Below are positions 20,601 to 27,046 of a stretch of 44,902 nt of DNA, one piece after another. Below the pieces are notes generated by a model. The model did no database searches. It saw nothing but the letters and a program-made list of their open reading frames with translations, and had not been told where the DNA came from. Source of the DNA: Chthoniobacteraceae bacterium (GTDB lineage: Bacteria > Verrucomicrobiota > Verrucomicrobiia > Chthoniobacterales > Chthoniobacteraceae); contig JANNWY010000153.1 of NCBI GenBank assembly GCA_031409335.1, positions 1-44,902 of the forward strand, given 5' to 3'. Every line of letters starts with the position of its first letter. The first letter of the stretch is position 1. The translations under genes and the position numbers were made by a program.

Positions 20601-21553
20601 ACCCGGGCGTGGCCGTTGCGAAATTTTTCGTCAACTCGAAAGGCCTCGGTGCGCAAGTCGAGGTTCGCAAGGTCAGCAACGGCGAACTCGTGCGCACGTT
20701 CTCGGCATTCCACCCGGCCTTCAAAGGCGGCGTGCGCATCGCCAGCGGCGATGTGAATGGCGACGGCGTGAACGATGTGATCGTCGGCAGTGGCGACGGC
20801 GGCGGAGCGCGCGTGCGCGTCTTCGACGGCCGCGATCTCGACAAGCCCGGCAGACCTGCGCAACTTTTCGATTTTTCCGCATACGGCAACGGCTACCGCG
20901 GCGGGATCTACGTCGCCGCTGGCGATGTGAATGGCGATGGCAAAGCCGACATCATCGTGTCGCCGGGCGCGGGATCGAGCGGGCTGGTAAGAGTCTTCAG
21001 CGGCGCGGATGGCAGCCTGCTGCGCAGCTTCGTCGCCTTCGGTCGCGGCGCGGGCGGCGTGCGCGTGGCAGCGGGCGACGTCAATGGCGACGGGATCGCC
21101 GACATCATCGCCGGCACCGGCGCGGGCTCGAACGTTCGCGTTTTCGACGGGCAAAATCCGGCGAACATTCTCAAGACTTTCAAACACAACTTCCCGATCA
21201 ACCAACGCGGTGGCGTGAGCGTCGCGGCGGGCGATGTAAATGGTGACGGACTCGACGACGTGATCGTCGGCGCGGCTGGACAATCGAACGCCGCGCGCAT
21301 CTTCCTCAGCGGCGCCGCTGGCGGCATGCTGCAATTCGATGCATTTCCCAGAGAAATCGGGCGCGGCATCACCGTTGCTACCGTCCATGCGAACGCCGAC
21401 GGCATCGCTGACATCATCGTGGCCCAGGGCGCGGGTGCCCCGTCCAAGGTAATCATCTTCGACGGCAGCACCCTGGGCCGTCCCGCGCCGGTCAAGCTGT
21501 TCACCAGAAACTCATTCGATCCCACGTATGTCGGCGGCGTTTTTGTCGCCTAG
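5687..21553 (+). CDS. Giant (5288 aa) surface/secreted protein: LEPR-XLL motif, 4 CSLREA-type modules with beta-helix repeats, beta-strand repeat tracts, C-terminal FG-GAP repeats
   Basis: VEALEQRIAPA near the N-terminus. VVTTTLD..DGxxSLREAI at about 6434, 8042, 17033 and 18643. Many NVISGN/GNFIGT repeats. GDVNGDG repeats from about 20720, ending GGVFVA. Confidence 0.93.
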   Translation: MKNPFLSQIRRRWSMTASRRALFPPMRVAAVEALEQRIAPAFVTLPSPTPEVPGVLLDPNTTGLAGTVVGFMDDALPTPFASGTLRTIVVDRDPTAGVALDFYYQLVNSSPGPDPMGDADFFRFKTTGGFSNTQVPGVDPVAVAQTTTLAGLVGGTSGINFGSYAQGGALQTAMTADRDVGSPGSVGFDFPNHPAFTGSPNNVNFGQSSAFLVVRTNAANFVATQSAVSGSSTAFPITFAPTANAGPANFVVTTTLDVVDALDGVVSLREAISLANANSGADTIAFNLAGPGGFFTIVPATPLPEITEAVVIDGYTQAGSSVNTASVGTNAVPRVVLNGAVQGGGHVLVLGGTGGSTVQGLIIQGAANAINDNGHGIAVRSDNNTITGNFIGTDTSGTLDRGNANAQVSVGLFTGVENFTGNRIGGTALADRNVLSGGAFGVQLTNDSFGTLIQGNLIGTGKTGSNAIPNSNAGIANGGTGTVIGGGTAGAGNVISGNDGWGINTGGTNTTIQGNFIGTNAAGTAALANARSGVNFSNGATTGLVGGSGAGQGNLISGNTFQGIEIGSAFGDGPGDNITVLGNKIGTAVDGTTELANGGPGIGVFGTSGAIIGGVNAGEGNVIAFNDAEGVLMDEVAGAISGVRIAGNSIHSNARLGIDLHGSADPANGVTVNDTGDADTGPNGLQNFPVITGVTANSVSGTLNTTASAVFTLHFYSNIGADLTGFGEGRTYLGSTTANTNGAGAATFSFGPAVIPAGSFVTATATTAANSTSEFSNAVQLSSSAFVVTTTLDTVNATDGVVSLREAIIAANSTTGTDTISFNIPGAGVQTIAPTSVLPAITDPVIIDGFSQVGSSANTNGPGLGDNSVHLIALSGVNAGAGIGQHGLLISAGGSTVRGLAIGGFGGSGILLQTLGGNVIEGNFIGTNTAGSSVLGNGVNGVSISGVAGNLIGGTLPAARNVISGNASGGVDIQGAGATGNFVQGNLIGTNATGTIDLGNTFNGVQIFGVPGNTIGGTAAGARNVISGNNASGVDLQGTAATGNLVLGNYIGTDVTGTLDLGNSQRGVSVNAPGNTVGGTAAGARNVISGNNFEGIAIFAAGNTVQGNYVGTNAAGSAAVANTFDGVVIHGENNVLGGTTAGAGNLISGNGRSGVLFADTTGTGNTVQGNFIGTNPAGTSGIPNVGAGILIFLGATSNTIGGTAAGTGNTIAFNGGPGLSIFDTSAGNAVRGNAIFSNTEIGIDLNGDGVTANDTGDGDTGPNGLQNFPVIVSASAATISGTLNSTAGTTLALDFFASLTADPSGFGEGRTYLGSTNVTTDGSGSVAFNFTPGTAPAPGSFITATATNATGGTSEFSAALPLVGTFIWDAGGGADTSWFNPLNWNFDSGVPGAADTAVLQTNATITLASNTSVGTFQQSTGTFTGGATLTTATFVWSGGTQGGFGTTQVSSTLNLANSGGLTLGSGGNTARTLISNGVATLSGGNLLISTSGGGFSGSSFINNGTFNVADGADILVNNLGGGPAAFSNAAGATFNKSGAGTVTTIGPGLTNSGTINLNSGTLEASGATTLSSGTLAVSAGTTLRTANNFFVQAAATLSGAGTLEVTAGSNVNLQSYALTGAVVLQGGSLNFTTLSRTLPTLTQSGGTLGGSGMITVSGALVWSGGTQNGSGTTIANGALDLTNVGNLNLGLGGSSQRTLISNGVATLSGGSLILVSIGGATPGSQFVNNGTFNVVDGADISFTNFGGPAPLFTNAVGGIFNKSGAGTVTTFSVPLSNAGTMNVNSGTLELVNNATNIGTLAVGAGATLRVAGATLTVQAAATLSGAGTLEVGSTGTVVNLQSYALTGAVVQQGGTLNFNALNPTLASLTQSGGLLTGSGTITVTGAMVWSDGLQGGAGTTIANGTLALPLTGFPTLGDGGNTGRTLINNGVATHSGTANLSLITSGGAAPGAQIINNGTFNATNNVDIVVSAIGGSAPLFTNAAGATFNKSGGGTLTTINAPLNNAGTINVNASGLELAGTFAQTGGATVLASGGVLVTPGTLTFQAGELRGAGSVNGSVNNTGATVRPGGTGAAGTITINGGYTQGAGGTLAVELGGTGAGAFDVLSVSGATTLGGTIDFAHINAFTPANGNTFRVVQSAGNPGTFATLTGATAGKTQAANATGLVITQGAGGPLTFIWDGGAGADQSWFNPLNWNFDSGVPGAGDAAVLNTNATINLPSSTSVGTFQQSDGTFTSPTGVTFTVLNSFAWSGGAQTGAGNAATVLPAGSASTLSGAAVKTLSGRALNVDGTLTWTGTGNFALNEGTLTVLSNGLFDIQNDALLGDANGNGTAAALVIAGTLKKTAGAGTSALGGNLGSGGGFVPVTVNASGTVRAEGGTLQFDGGLNSAGIVNALGKTIVLAAGSGTSSGTFHADAGGVVRITGGIQTLAAGAAVTGAGLFDIANGRVDLAVGATVGATNVALGGAAGTLVISGAMTISQSFDWTAGTIGGNGSLTLAASSVSTMSGAAVKAFTSGTINVGGTLAWSGTGTFDAAGSGQVIVLGGGLFDLQSDAPMINSSIFGGFNASIIIDGTLRKSAGAGVSRIDGSNATVSTRVNPTGRVEVQSGTLVLGDNVANLGTMSTLAGTLEINAVAGDDSGTYHAATGARVLFSGGARTLDAGAALTGPGLFEITGVGLVLNTDIAVQNLALHSSFGGIAGAGNLSVAQTLDWTAGFMTGTGKTTLPAASVSTMSGTNDKTLTRDLDLFGTLTIDNSGSTIFAINSNTLRVLPGGLLHLQVAAIVDNDSGTPGTLIVDGTLRKSGVNETASIGGRTTGTGSVNTTINAGGRVEVMGGPLDFRGNGVNSSAGVFDITFLGNTSLTFNAPFTLNAGAAITGTGTTVVANASTLTVAAPVSASGTLRLTTGTLALAAPLTQTGSFEWNGGTIGGANALNVAGLTIATAAPKTLSAATVNLSGFATWTGTGSLTLTQGAVVNIQNGATFDIRNAAAIFYNNVGAAPVINNAGTYQQTAGGNTATIGSGIAFTNTGTVRAETGALAFNGGFTQTAGSTVVAGGDLATTGTFNFIGGELRGGGQITGTVNNTGAIVRPGGTGAAAALSIAGTYTQGPGGTLAIEVGGATPALFDRLSASLGLTVGGTLTTTLINGFTPASGAQFGAIGGDPRSGTFATVTGPLTAQYNPGNVTLLAPNSTAFTWDGSDSTDWFNPNNWTPVGVPGLADTAILDSRPVAALTLTGQFSPGLGTLIGAGFDAPQDRVWLYSDSDSVIRSFSRSGVPISTVPRPGSPSNDGDIEFAPEALTLAGTAIPAGTLFFIDGESGTAEIYAVDKTTGAVLATLPTAFGASHVVGGAYHSERNTFFLITDQLDATPNRIAEIDPLTGAILNSFTTGGFAVNFGDLDVSAATGNLLLVSSIQGTVRELSATGALVQDRALPAGVSAVSGLGFDDFSGELLLSSTNGTVYRVTGQAGLAPNQPVLGVNHTVANFQQSAGTLGGSGTLTVLANLDWSGGTMNGSGATRVAAGGTLSITGAVDKTLAQRTLALGGNTTFGGAGNLVLGLGAIIDNSGGFDIQSDADFTTADASALRFNNLAGATLQKSAGPDTTSFGGNLAVTNAGAVVARSGLLDFAGGFTQTGAGVTELRGGDIGSGGTFALQGGELIGAGNIAGNVNNSGATVRPGGAGAAGTLSVTGAYTQGAGGTLAVEIGGAGTFDVLNVSGNASVAGTLNVALINAFTPAGGAQFQVLTGNARSGTFGNVTGPLTAQYNATNVTLVAASANANTVVTTTLDTVNATDGVVSLREAITFANATPGTDTITFNIPGAGVQSIRPGTALPVITNPVVIDGFSQPGASANTGGPGALDNAVRLIELSGIAIAAGSPNGLHITSGASLVEGLIVTRWRGAGIMIETLGGNFVLGNLIGADADASSGQGNLGDGISIVNSAGNTIGGTTPGERNRIVGNSSNGVAISGANATGNLLLGNFIGTDGNAAGSEANGGNGVMISSNGNVIGSTAAGARNVISGNTERGVLIFGSGNTVQGNYIGTDATGMFAVKNSFDGLTIAAPGSNNIIGGAAAGAGNVISGNEIAGVTIESITAPVAPATGNRVLGNLIGVAADGFTPLGNTAGTQKGWGVVFFRSATGNFIGGELPGEGNTIANNAGAGVAVLDAGPLGNRISGNSIFANGDLGIDLGRFIDPANSVLANDAGDADSGANGLLNFPVITSVNLNGGMTEISGSYSGAANATFTIEFFASDAGDASGFGEGETYLGSTTVSTDGSGSASFTFAAPVLAGGTALSATASDAAGNTSEFSGFSTLIATSVVVTTTLDVIDVDDGFTSLREAIVFANANAGLDTITFNIPGAGVRTISPTSALPTITDALVIDGFSQPGASANTLSVGSNAVLLIQLDGTNAGAFANGLRITAGGSTVQGLVINRFAGDGIELSGSGGNSILGNFIGLNAAGSTALGNLGNGVEINSGAGNTVGNGTAAGRNVISGNGTVGNPDIRNGAGVVIYNSGGENPDNTTVSGNYIGTDATGLLARGNQKAGVGIYDGPTGNTVNANVISGNIGHGFDIAFGSNGNTGTANIIGAGVDRTTPLGNVGAGVLINFGSSNNTIGGNTAALGNFISSNGLGGIVVSGSSASARIFANTVLKNTGAGILVDNSANAIVGLASPPNIVIENTGDGIRLSGSGTTGTLVQGNFVGVTPASFPGGTAAHPNGGAGVAILNGATGSDIGGTSVGNIIAGNTGDGVRIDNADNNLVRGNRIGQTGITTGFFPNGGAGVSVNDSLGVRIGSPATSELNIIAHNTGAGIQVTGTSTVTARGNIVEANGGLGIDLGGNGVTLNDAGDSDTGPNSLINFPTLTNVARAAAGTGFSYTADGIYSGTPNTTVTIDFYANTAADSSGFGEGQFLIHSFSVTTNGAGDANFSRTFTTGANNIFGSPLGSVFTSQATLGNGASGPSSEFSAAFGVNPGVAVAKFFVNSKGLGAQVEVRKVSNGELVRTFSAFHPAFKGGVRIASGDVNGDGVNDVIVGSGDGGGARVRVFDGRDLDKPGRPAQLFDFSAYGNGYRGGIYVAAGDVNGDGKADIIVSPGAGSSGLVRVFSGADGSLLRSFVAFGRGAGGVRVAAGDVNGDGIADIIAGTGAGSNVRVFDGQNPANILKTFKHNFPINQRGGVSVAAGDVNGDGLDDVIVGAAGQSNAARIFLSGAAGGMLQFDAFPREIGRGITVATVHANADGIADIIVAQGAGAPSKVIIFDGSTLGRPAPVKLFTRNSFDPTYVGGVFVA

Positions 21554-21620
21554 CGATCGTCCGATCGCCCTGCACTGGAGCATTGTTCGCATGGCGAAGT
21601 TTGCTATCTAGCGCCTTGCC

Positions 21621-24600
21621 ATGTTACGCCCCGTCCTCATTTGGATCGCCACGATTGTCGCATCGCCCGCGTTCGCCGCGATCGCGCCCGAGGGCGCGGA
21701 GTTTTTTGAAAAAAAGATCGCGCCGATTTTCAAGGAGCACTGCTTCAAGTGCCACAGTCATGGCGCGGAAAAGATCAAGGGCGGGCTCGTGCTGGACTCG
21801 GCGGACGGTGCGCTGACCGGTGGTGACACCGGCCCCGCGGTGGTGCCGGGCGATGTCGCGAAAAGCCTGCTCATCACCGCCGTCGGCTACAAAGACGACG
21901 ACCTGCAAATGCCGCCGAAAGGCAAAAAACTCGCCGACGAGCAGATCGCCGCGCTGACCGAGTGGGTGAAGATGGGCGCGCCCTGGCCGCAGGCAAAAGG
22001 GCAGAAGATGACCGTGCGCGCAAAAGGAAAAATCACCGACGAAGATCGGAAGTGGTGGGCCTTTCAACCGATGGCAAAGCCAGTGCCACCGACCGTCGAT
22101 GACCACGGCTGGTGTACCAACGAGATCGACCGTTTCATTTTCAAAAAGCTCGCCGAAAACGGACTGAAGCCCGCACCTCCCGCCAAGTCCGAACAACTCG
22201 TGCGCCGCGTGTTTTTCGACCTGACCGGCCTGCCACCCACGCCCGAGGAAAGCGCGGCATACAGCTATGAGTCGCATGGGTCACATGCGACCTATACGAC
22301 CTATACGCCGCTCATCGACCGCCTCCTCGCCAGCCCGCGCTACGGCGAACGCTGGGCGCGGCACTGGCTCGACCTCGTGCGTTACGCGGAAAGCGATGGC
22401 TTCAAAGCCGACGACTACCGCCCGCACGCCTGGCACTACCGCGACTACGTCATCGCCGCCTTCAATGACGACAAGCCGTACGATCGCTTCGTGCAGGAGC
22501 AACTCGCGGGCGACGAACTTTTCCCCGGCGACCCCGAAGCGCGCAACGGCACCGCCTTTCTCCGCCACTGGATTTACGAATACAACAACCGCGATGTCGC
22601 CACCCAGTGGTCGAACATCTTGAACGATGTGACCGATGTCACCGCCGACGTTTTCCTCGGCCTCGGTGTGCAATGCGCGCGCTGCCACGACCACAAATTC
22701 GATCCGATTCTCCAAAAGGATTACTTCCGCTTGCAGGCCTTCTTCGCGCCGATCCAGGTGCGCGACGACCTCCTGCTCGCCACGCCGCAGGAAGAAGCCG
22801 CGTATCGCGCGAGGCTGAAAACGTGGGAGGAAAAAACCGCGCAAATCCGCGGGCAAATGGCGGAGTTGGAAATGCCGTATCGCGAAAAAGTCGCGGAGGA
22901 TTCGATCACGAGATTTCCGCCCGAGACGGAAGCGATGATTCGCAAGCCGGTCGCCGGTCGCACCCCGCTCGAACAGCAGCTCGCCAACCTCGCCTACCGG
23001 CAGGTGACCTACGAATTCGACCGCCTGCTCAACAAGATGAAGGCGGCGGACAAAGACAAATGGGTCGCGCTCACGAAACAGCTCGCCGCCTTCGACGCCG
23101 AAAAACCCGCCGCGCCTGCGTCCGCATTTTGTGTGACTGACATCGGCGCAAAGGCACCGCCCGTGCGCGTCCCGAAAAAGGATCAGCTCGGCGAAATCGA
23201 GCCCGGCTTTCTCACGCTGCTCGACGAAAATGCCGCTGACATCGCGCCGCGCGAAAACTCCACTGGACGCCGCGCCGCGCTCGCGCGCTGGCTTACGAAT
23301 CCGGAGAATCCGCTCACCGCGCGCGTCATCGTCAATCGCGTGTGGCAGTATCATTTCGGCAGCGGCCTCGTCGCCACGTCCTCGGATTTCGGCAAACTCG
23401 GCCAGCCCCCGTCGCATCCCGAACTGCTCGACTGGCTCGCGCGCCGCTTCGTCGCCGACGGCTGGTCTTTCAAAAAACTCCATCGCCTGATCCTGACAAG
23501 CGCGACCTGGCAGCAGGCATCTGCAAATCCGCAATCCGCAATCCGCAATCCGCAATCGAACGACCCCGAAAACCGCCTCATCGCCCACGCCACCACCCGC
23601 CGCCTCGACGCCGAACAAATCCGCGACGCGATCCTCGCGACGACCGGCGAACTCGATCTCGCCGCGAGCGGCCCGAGCGTCGATGCCGGCAAGCCGCGGC
23701 GCAGCATTTTCACCAAAGTCCTGCGCAACACGCACGATCCACTGCTCGAAGTCTTCGATCTGCCCGAAGCTTTTAGCAGCGTGTCGCAGCGCAACATCAC
23801 CACCACCCCCACGCAATCACTGATGATGATCAACAGCCCGTGGACGCTCGCCCGCGCGAAGGTGTTTGCGCAGCGATTGCAGCGCGACAACTCCACCGAC
23901 CGCCGCGAGCAACTCACCGATGCGATCCGCCTCGCACTCGGGCGCGACCCAGCGGCAGGCGAAATCGAGCGCGTGGAGCAATTCGTCGCCGGGCGGGAAA
24001 AAGTGTTCGCCGCGCGGCAGCAGCCCGAAAAGGAAACGCCGTTCATCGCCGACAAAATTCGTTTCCGCGATGGCAGCGGCGCGCTGTTCGCACCGGGCTC
24101 CGCGCAAGAGCGGCTCGTCATTCCAAAAACCGACGATCTCCCCGACGGCGATCTCACGATCGAAGCGTTCATTCATCTCCGCAGCACCGCCGACGACGGC
24201 CAGGTGCGCACCATCGCCTCGCACTGGGACGGCGTGAAAGGCCACCCCGGCTGGAGCGTCGGCGTCACCGGAAAAAAATCGCGCTACAAACCCGGCACGC
24301 TCGTCCTCCTGCTCAGCGGCACCGGCAGTCCCGCGAATGACACCGCCGAGCCCGTCTTCTCGGGCCTCAGCATCGAGCCGGGCAAACCCTACTTCATCGC
24401 CGTCGCCACGCGGCTCGCCGACTCCGGCGAAAGCGGCGTCACCTTTTACGTAAAGGACATGACCAACGACGACGAACCCATGCTCGCCGCGAACGTCCCG
24501 CACACGACGATCGCGGACATCCGCGGCACCATGCCTTTCACGATCGGCGGACGTTCCGGCGCGGCGAGCCATTTGTGGGATGGCGTGATCGACGACGTGC

Positions 24601-24842
24601 GCCTCTCCAATACCGCGCTCGCAAAAGAAGAACTCCTCGTGACCAAGGAAGGTGCCGCCGCGCAAACGCGCGGCCACTGGCGCTTCGAACCCACGCCCGG
24701 TGTTTTCAAAGACTCCTCCACCTTCGCCCACGACATCCACCCTCGCGCCACCGCCCCGCCCAGGATCGACGCGAAGCTGGAAGCACTCACCGACTACTGC
24801 CACGTGTTGCTGAACTCGAACGAGTTCCTTTACGTGGACTGA
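21621..24842 (+). CDS. PSD1 and planctomycete cytochrome C domain protein (DUF1549/DUF1553) with LamG-like insert
   Basis: Signal peptide, CFKCH and CARCH heme-type motifs, YGERWARHWLD, NPLTARVIVNRVWQYHFG, PSHPELLDWLA, C-terminal LLNSNEFLYVD. LamG-like GVIDDVRLS segment. Confidence 0.92.
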   Translation: MLRPVLIWIATIVASPAFAAIAPEGAEFFEKKIAPIFKEHCFKCHSHGAEKIKGGLVLDSADGALTGGDTGPAVVPGDVAKSLLITAVGYKDDDLQMPPKGKKLADEQIAALTEWVKMGAPWPQAKGQKMTVRAKGKITDEDRKWWAFQPMAKPVPPTVDDHGWCTNEIDRFIFKKLAENGLKPAPPAKSEQLVRRVFFDLTGLPPTPEESAAYSYESHGSHATYTTYTPLIDRLLASPRYGERWARHWLDLVRYAESDGFKADDYRPHAWHYRDYVIAAFNDDKPYDRFVQEQLAGDELFPGDPEARNGTAFLRHWIYEYNNRDVATQWSNILNDVTDVTADVFLGLGVQCARCHDHKFDPILQKDYFRLQAFFAPIQVRDDLLLATPQEEAAYRARLKTWEEKTAQIRGQMAELEMPYREKVAEDSITRFPPETEAMIRKPVAGRTPLEQQLANLAYRQVTYEFDRLLNKMKAADKDKWVALTKQLAAFDAEKPAAPASAFCVTDIGAKAPPVRVPKKDQLGEIEPGFLTLLDENAADIAPRENSTGRRAALARWLTNPENPLTARVIVNRVWQYHFGSGLVATSSDFGKLGQPPSHPELLDWLARRFVADGWSFKKLHRLILTSATWQQASANPQSAIRNPQSNDPENRLIAHATTRRLDAEQIRDAILATTGELDLAASGPSVDAGKPRRSIFTKVLRNTHDPLLEVFDLPEAFSSVSQRNITTTPTQSLMMINSPWTLARAKVFAQRLQRDNSTDRREQLTDAIRLALGRDPAAGEIERVEQFVAGREKVFAARQQPEKETPFIADKIRFRDGSGALFAPGSAQERLVIPKTDDLPDGDLTIEAFIHLRSTADDGQVRTIASHWDGVKGHPGWSVGVTGKKSRYKPGTLVLLLSGTGSPANDTAEPVFSGLSIEPGKPYFIAVATRLADSGESGVTFYVKDMTNDDEPMLAANVPHTTIADIRGTMPFTIGGRSGAASHLWDGVIDDVRLSNTALAKEELLVTKEGAAAQTRGHWRFEPTPGVFKDSSTFAHDIHPRATAPPRIDAKLEALTDYCHVLLNSNEFLYVD
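22266..22310. repeat. Nonamer tandem repeat in frame within the PSD1 gene
   Basis: TATGAGTCG CATGGGTCA CATGCGACC TATACGACC TATACGCCG encoding YESHGSHATYTTYTP. Confidence 0.7.
23526..23557. repeat. (AATCCGC)4 heptamer repeat within the PSD1 gene
   Basis: Four perfect AATCCGC units plus AATC, encoding NPQSAIRNPQS. Confidence 0.9.
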
Positions 24843-24870
24843 ACCGCAAGTCCCCGGCAAGCTCCGCGCC

Positions 24871-26097
24871 ATGACCGCGCCGCGCCCGCCGTATCTCAGC
24901 CTCTGCCCTGCGGAACCGTTCCGCATTTTCTTTCCGCTCGCCACTCTGCTCGGGATTTCCGGCGTGTCGCTCTGGCCGCTGTTCTTTTCCGGGCTGCATC
25001 AGTTTTACCCCGGCCCGATGCACGCCCGCTTGATGATCGAGGGATTCCTCGCGGGATTCGTCATCGGCTTTCTCGGCACCGCGCTGCCGCGCCTGCTCTC
25101 CGCGCCGCCGCTGCGCCGGGTGGAATTGTGGACGCTGGTCGCGCTGCACACGCTCGCCGCCGGGCTGCACATCGGCCAGCAGCCGCGCGCGGGCGACATC
25201 GCGTTCATCGCGCTGATGCTGTGCTTCGGCGCGTGCATGATCGCGCGCGTGCGCCACCGCGCGGAACTGCCGCCGCCCGGTTTCGTGCTCGTCGCGTTCG
25301 GCTTTTTCAGCGGACTGATCGGGCCGGTGCTGTGGCTGTGCGGCACGCAGGGCTGGGTGTCCGGCACCGCCACGCTGTTCGGCGGGATGCTGCTCAATCA
25401 GGCGTTCGTGCTGTTTCCGTTGCTCGGCATCGGCACGTTTCTGCTCCCGCGTTTTCTGCGCTTGGAAAATGTGCGCACGATGGCCGAGGAGCGCGCCGCA
25501 TCGCCCGGCTGGTGGCTGCGCGCCGCGTTTTCCTTCATCACCGGCGTCGCACTCGTCGGCAGCTTTTGGATGGAAGCGAATCACCCAGCAGCGCCCGCCG
25601 CCACATGGCTGCGCGCGATCGCGGCGATCGTCTATCTCGCCGCGATGGTGCCCTTCCACCGCCAGTCCCCGCCCCTGCGCACCGCGCCGCTCGCCGCGCA
25701 ACTCGCGCTGCTCGCGCTCGCCGCCGGCCTCATCTTCCCGCTCTTCTGGCCAGCGCAGCGCGTCGCCGGGCTGCACGTCGTCTTCCTCGGCGGCTTCAGC
25801 CTCATCACCTTCACCGTCGCCACGCGCGTCGTCCTCGGCCATTCGGGAAACGAGGCGCTTTTCAACACGCGCCTGCCTTCCCTCCAGATCGCGACACTGC
25901 TGCTGCTCACCGGCAGCGTGCTGCGCGCCGTCGGCGATTTTTCACCCGCGCGCCCGCACTGGCTGAATGCCGCCAGCTATCTGTGGATCCTGGCCGCCGG
26001 AGTGTGGGGCTTCAGCATTCTGCCGAAAGTGCGCCTCGCCGATCCGGGCGGCGATCTCTCGTGCTCGGAGCGACGCGCGCTCGCGACTGCGAAGTGA
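24871..26097 (+). CDS. nnrS: NnrS family membrane protein
   Basis: EPFRIFFP, HARLMIEGF..GFLGTALP, LH..FLGGF, ATRVVLGHSG; multiple TM helices. Confidence 0.82.
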   Translation: MTAPRPPYLSLCPAEPFRIFFPLATLLGISGVSLWPLFFSGLHQFYPGPMHARLMIEGFLAGFVIGFLGTALPRLLSAPPLRRVELWTLVALHTLAAGLHIGQQPRAGDIAFIALMLCFGACMIARVRHRAELPPPGFVLVAFGFFSGLIGPVLWLCGTQGWVSGTATLFGGMLLNQAFVLFPLLGIGTFLLPRFLRLENVRTMAEERAASPGWWLRAAFSFITGVALVGSFWMEANHPAAPAATWLRAIAAIVYLAAMVPFHRQSPPLRTAPLAAQLALLALAAGLIFPLFWPAQRVAGLHVVFLGGFSLITFTVATRVVLGHSGNEALFNTRLPSLQIATLLLLTGSVLRAVGDFSPARPHWLNAASYLWILAAGVWGFSILPKVRLADPGGDLSCSERRALATAK

Positions 26098-26187
26098 TCC
26101 GGCGCGGCAAAATCGCGTTCGCAACGCGCGACTTTCCCCATCTTCAAAAGTCGGTGTAGGTTTCCAAAAAACCTCCACCACCGCCCA

Positions 26188-27042
26188 ATGAATCCGATCT
26201 CCAGACCCGCCCGACCACCAGCCTCTCGCCGTTTGCTTCTCCGCTTCATTCCGATCGCCATCGCCGCAGTCGTCGTGTGGTTCCAATTCGTCTCGTCCGA
26301 AAAATTCACCAACGAAGCCGGACGCTCCGCGCGGCTCGGACTTTCATCGGAGCAGGAGCAGGTGCTCGGTTTGCAGAGTTACCAGCAGGTGCTTTCCGAA
26401 AGCGATACCGTGCAAAGCGGGCCGGAGTTTGAACTCGTCCGCGGAGTCGCCGCGCGGCTCGCGCGCGCGACCGGAAAGGATTTCGACTGGCAGGTTTCCG
26501 TGGTCCGCAGTCCGCAGGTGAATGCCTTCTGCCTGCCGGGTGGAAAGATCGTGGTCTATACTGGCATCCTGCCCGTCGCGCAAAATCCCGCCGGACTTGC
26601 CACGGTCATGGGTCATGAGATGGCGCACGCGACTTTGCGCCACGGCTCGGAGCGCATGTTCAAACAAAAAGCCACCCAGACTTTTATGACGGGCGTCCAG
26701 TTTTCAATCGGCGACATGGACTACGAGCAACGCCGGATGGTCATGGGTGCGATCGGCGCGGGGGCACAATATGGCATCCTGCTGCCGTTCGGGCGCGACC
26801 ACGAGAGCGAAGCGGACCAGATCGGCCTCGGCTACATGGCGCGCGCCGGATACGATCCGACCGAAGCCGTCGCGTTTTGGGAGCGCATGGGCGAAGCCGG
26901 TGGTCAGCAGCAGCCCGAATTCATGTCCACCCATCCGAGCCACGGCACGCGCATCGCGCGGCTGAAGGAATTGCTGCCCGCTGCGATCGAGGAATACCGG
27001 CAGGCCATCGGCAATCGCGGTCCGCAGCAACTCGAACGCTGA
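26188..27042 (+). CDS. M48 family metallopeptidase
   Basis: VNAFCLPGGKIVVYTG, HEMAH (HExxH), ESEADQIG, FMSTHP; N-terminal TM. Confidence 0.93.
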   Translation: MNPISRPARPPASRRLLLRFIPIAIAAVVVWFQFVSSEKFTNEAGRSARLGLSSEQEQVLGLQSYQQVLSESDTVQSGPEFELVRGVAARLARATGKDFDWQVSVVRSPQVNAFCLPGGKIVVYTGILPVAQNPAGLATVMGHEMAHATLRHGSERMFKQKATQTFMTGVQFSIGDMDYEQRRMVMGAIGAGAQYGILLPFGRDHESEADQIGLGYMARAGYDPTEAVAFWERMGEAGGQQQPEFMSTHPSHGTRIARLKELLPAAIEEYRQAIGNRGPQQLER

Positions 27043-27046
27043 GAAA

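Noticed and set aside
5648..21525. Many long antisense/alternate-frame ORFs over the giant gene (e.g. 14147..17338)
   Set aside because: Shadow ORFs from high GC and repetitive codon use; no recognisable motifs.
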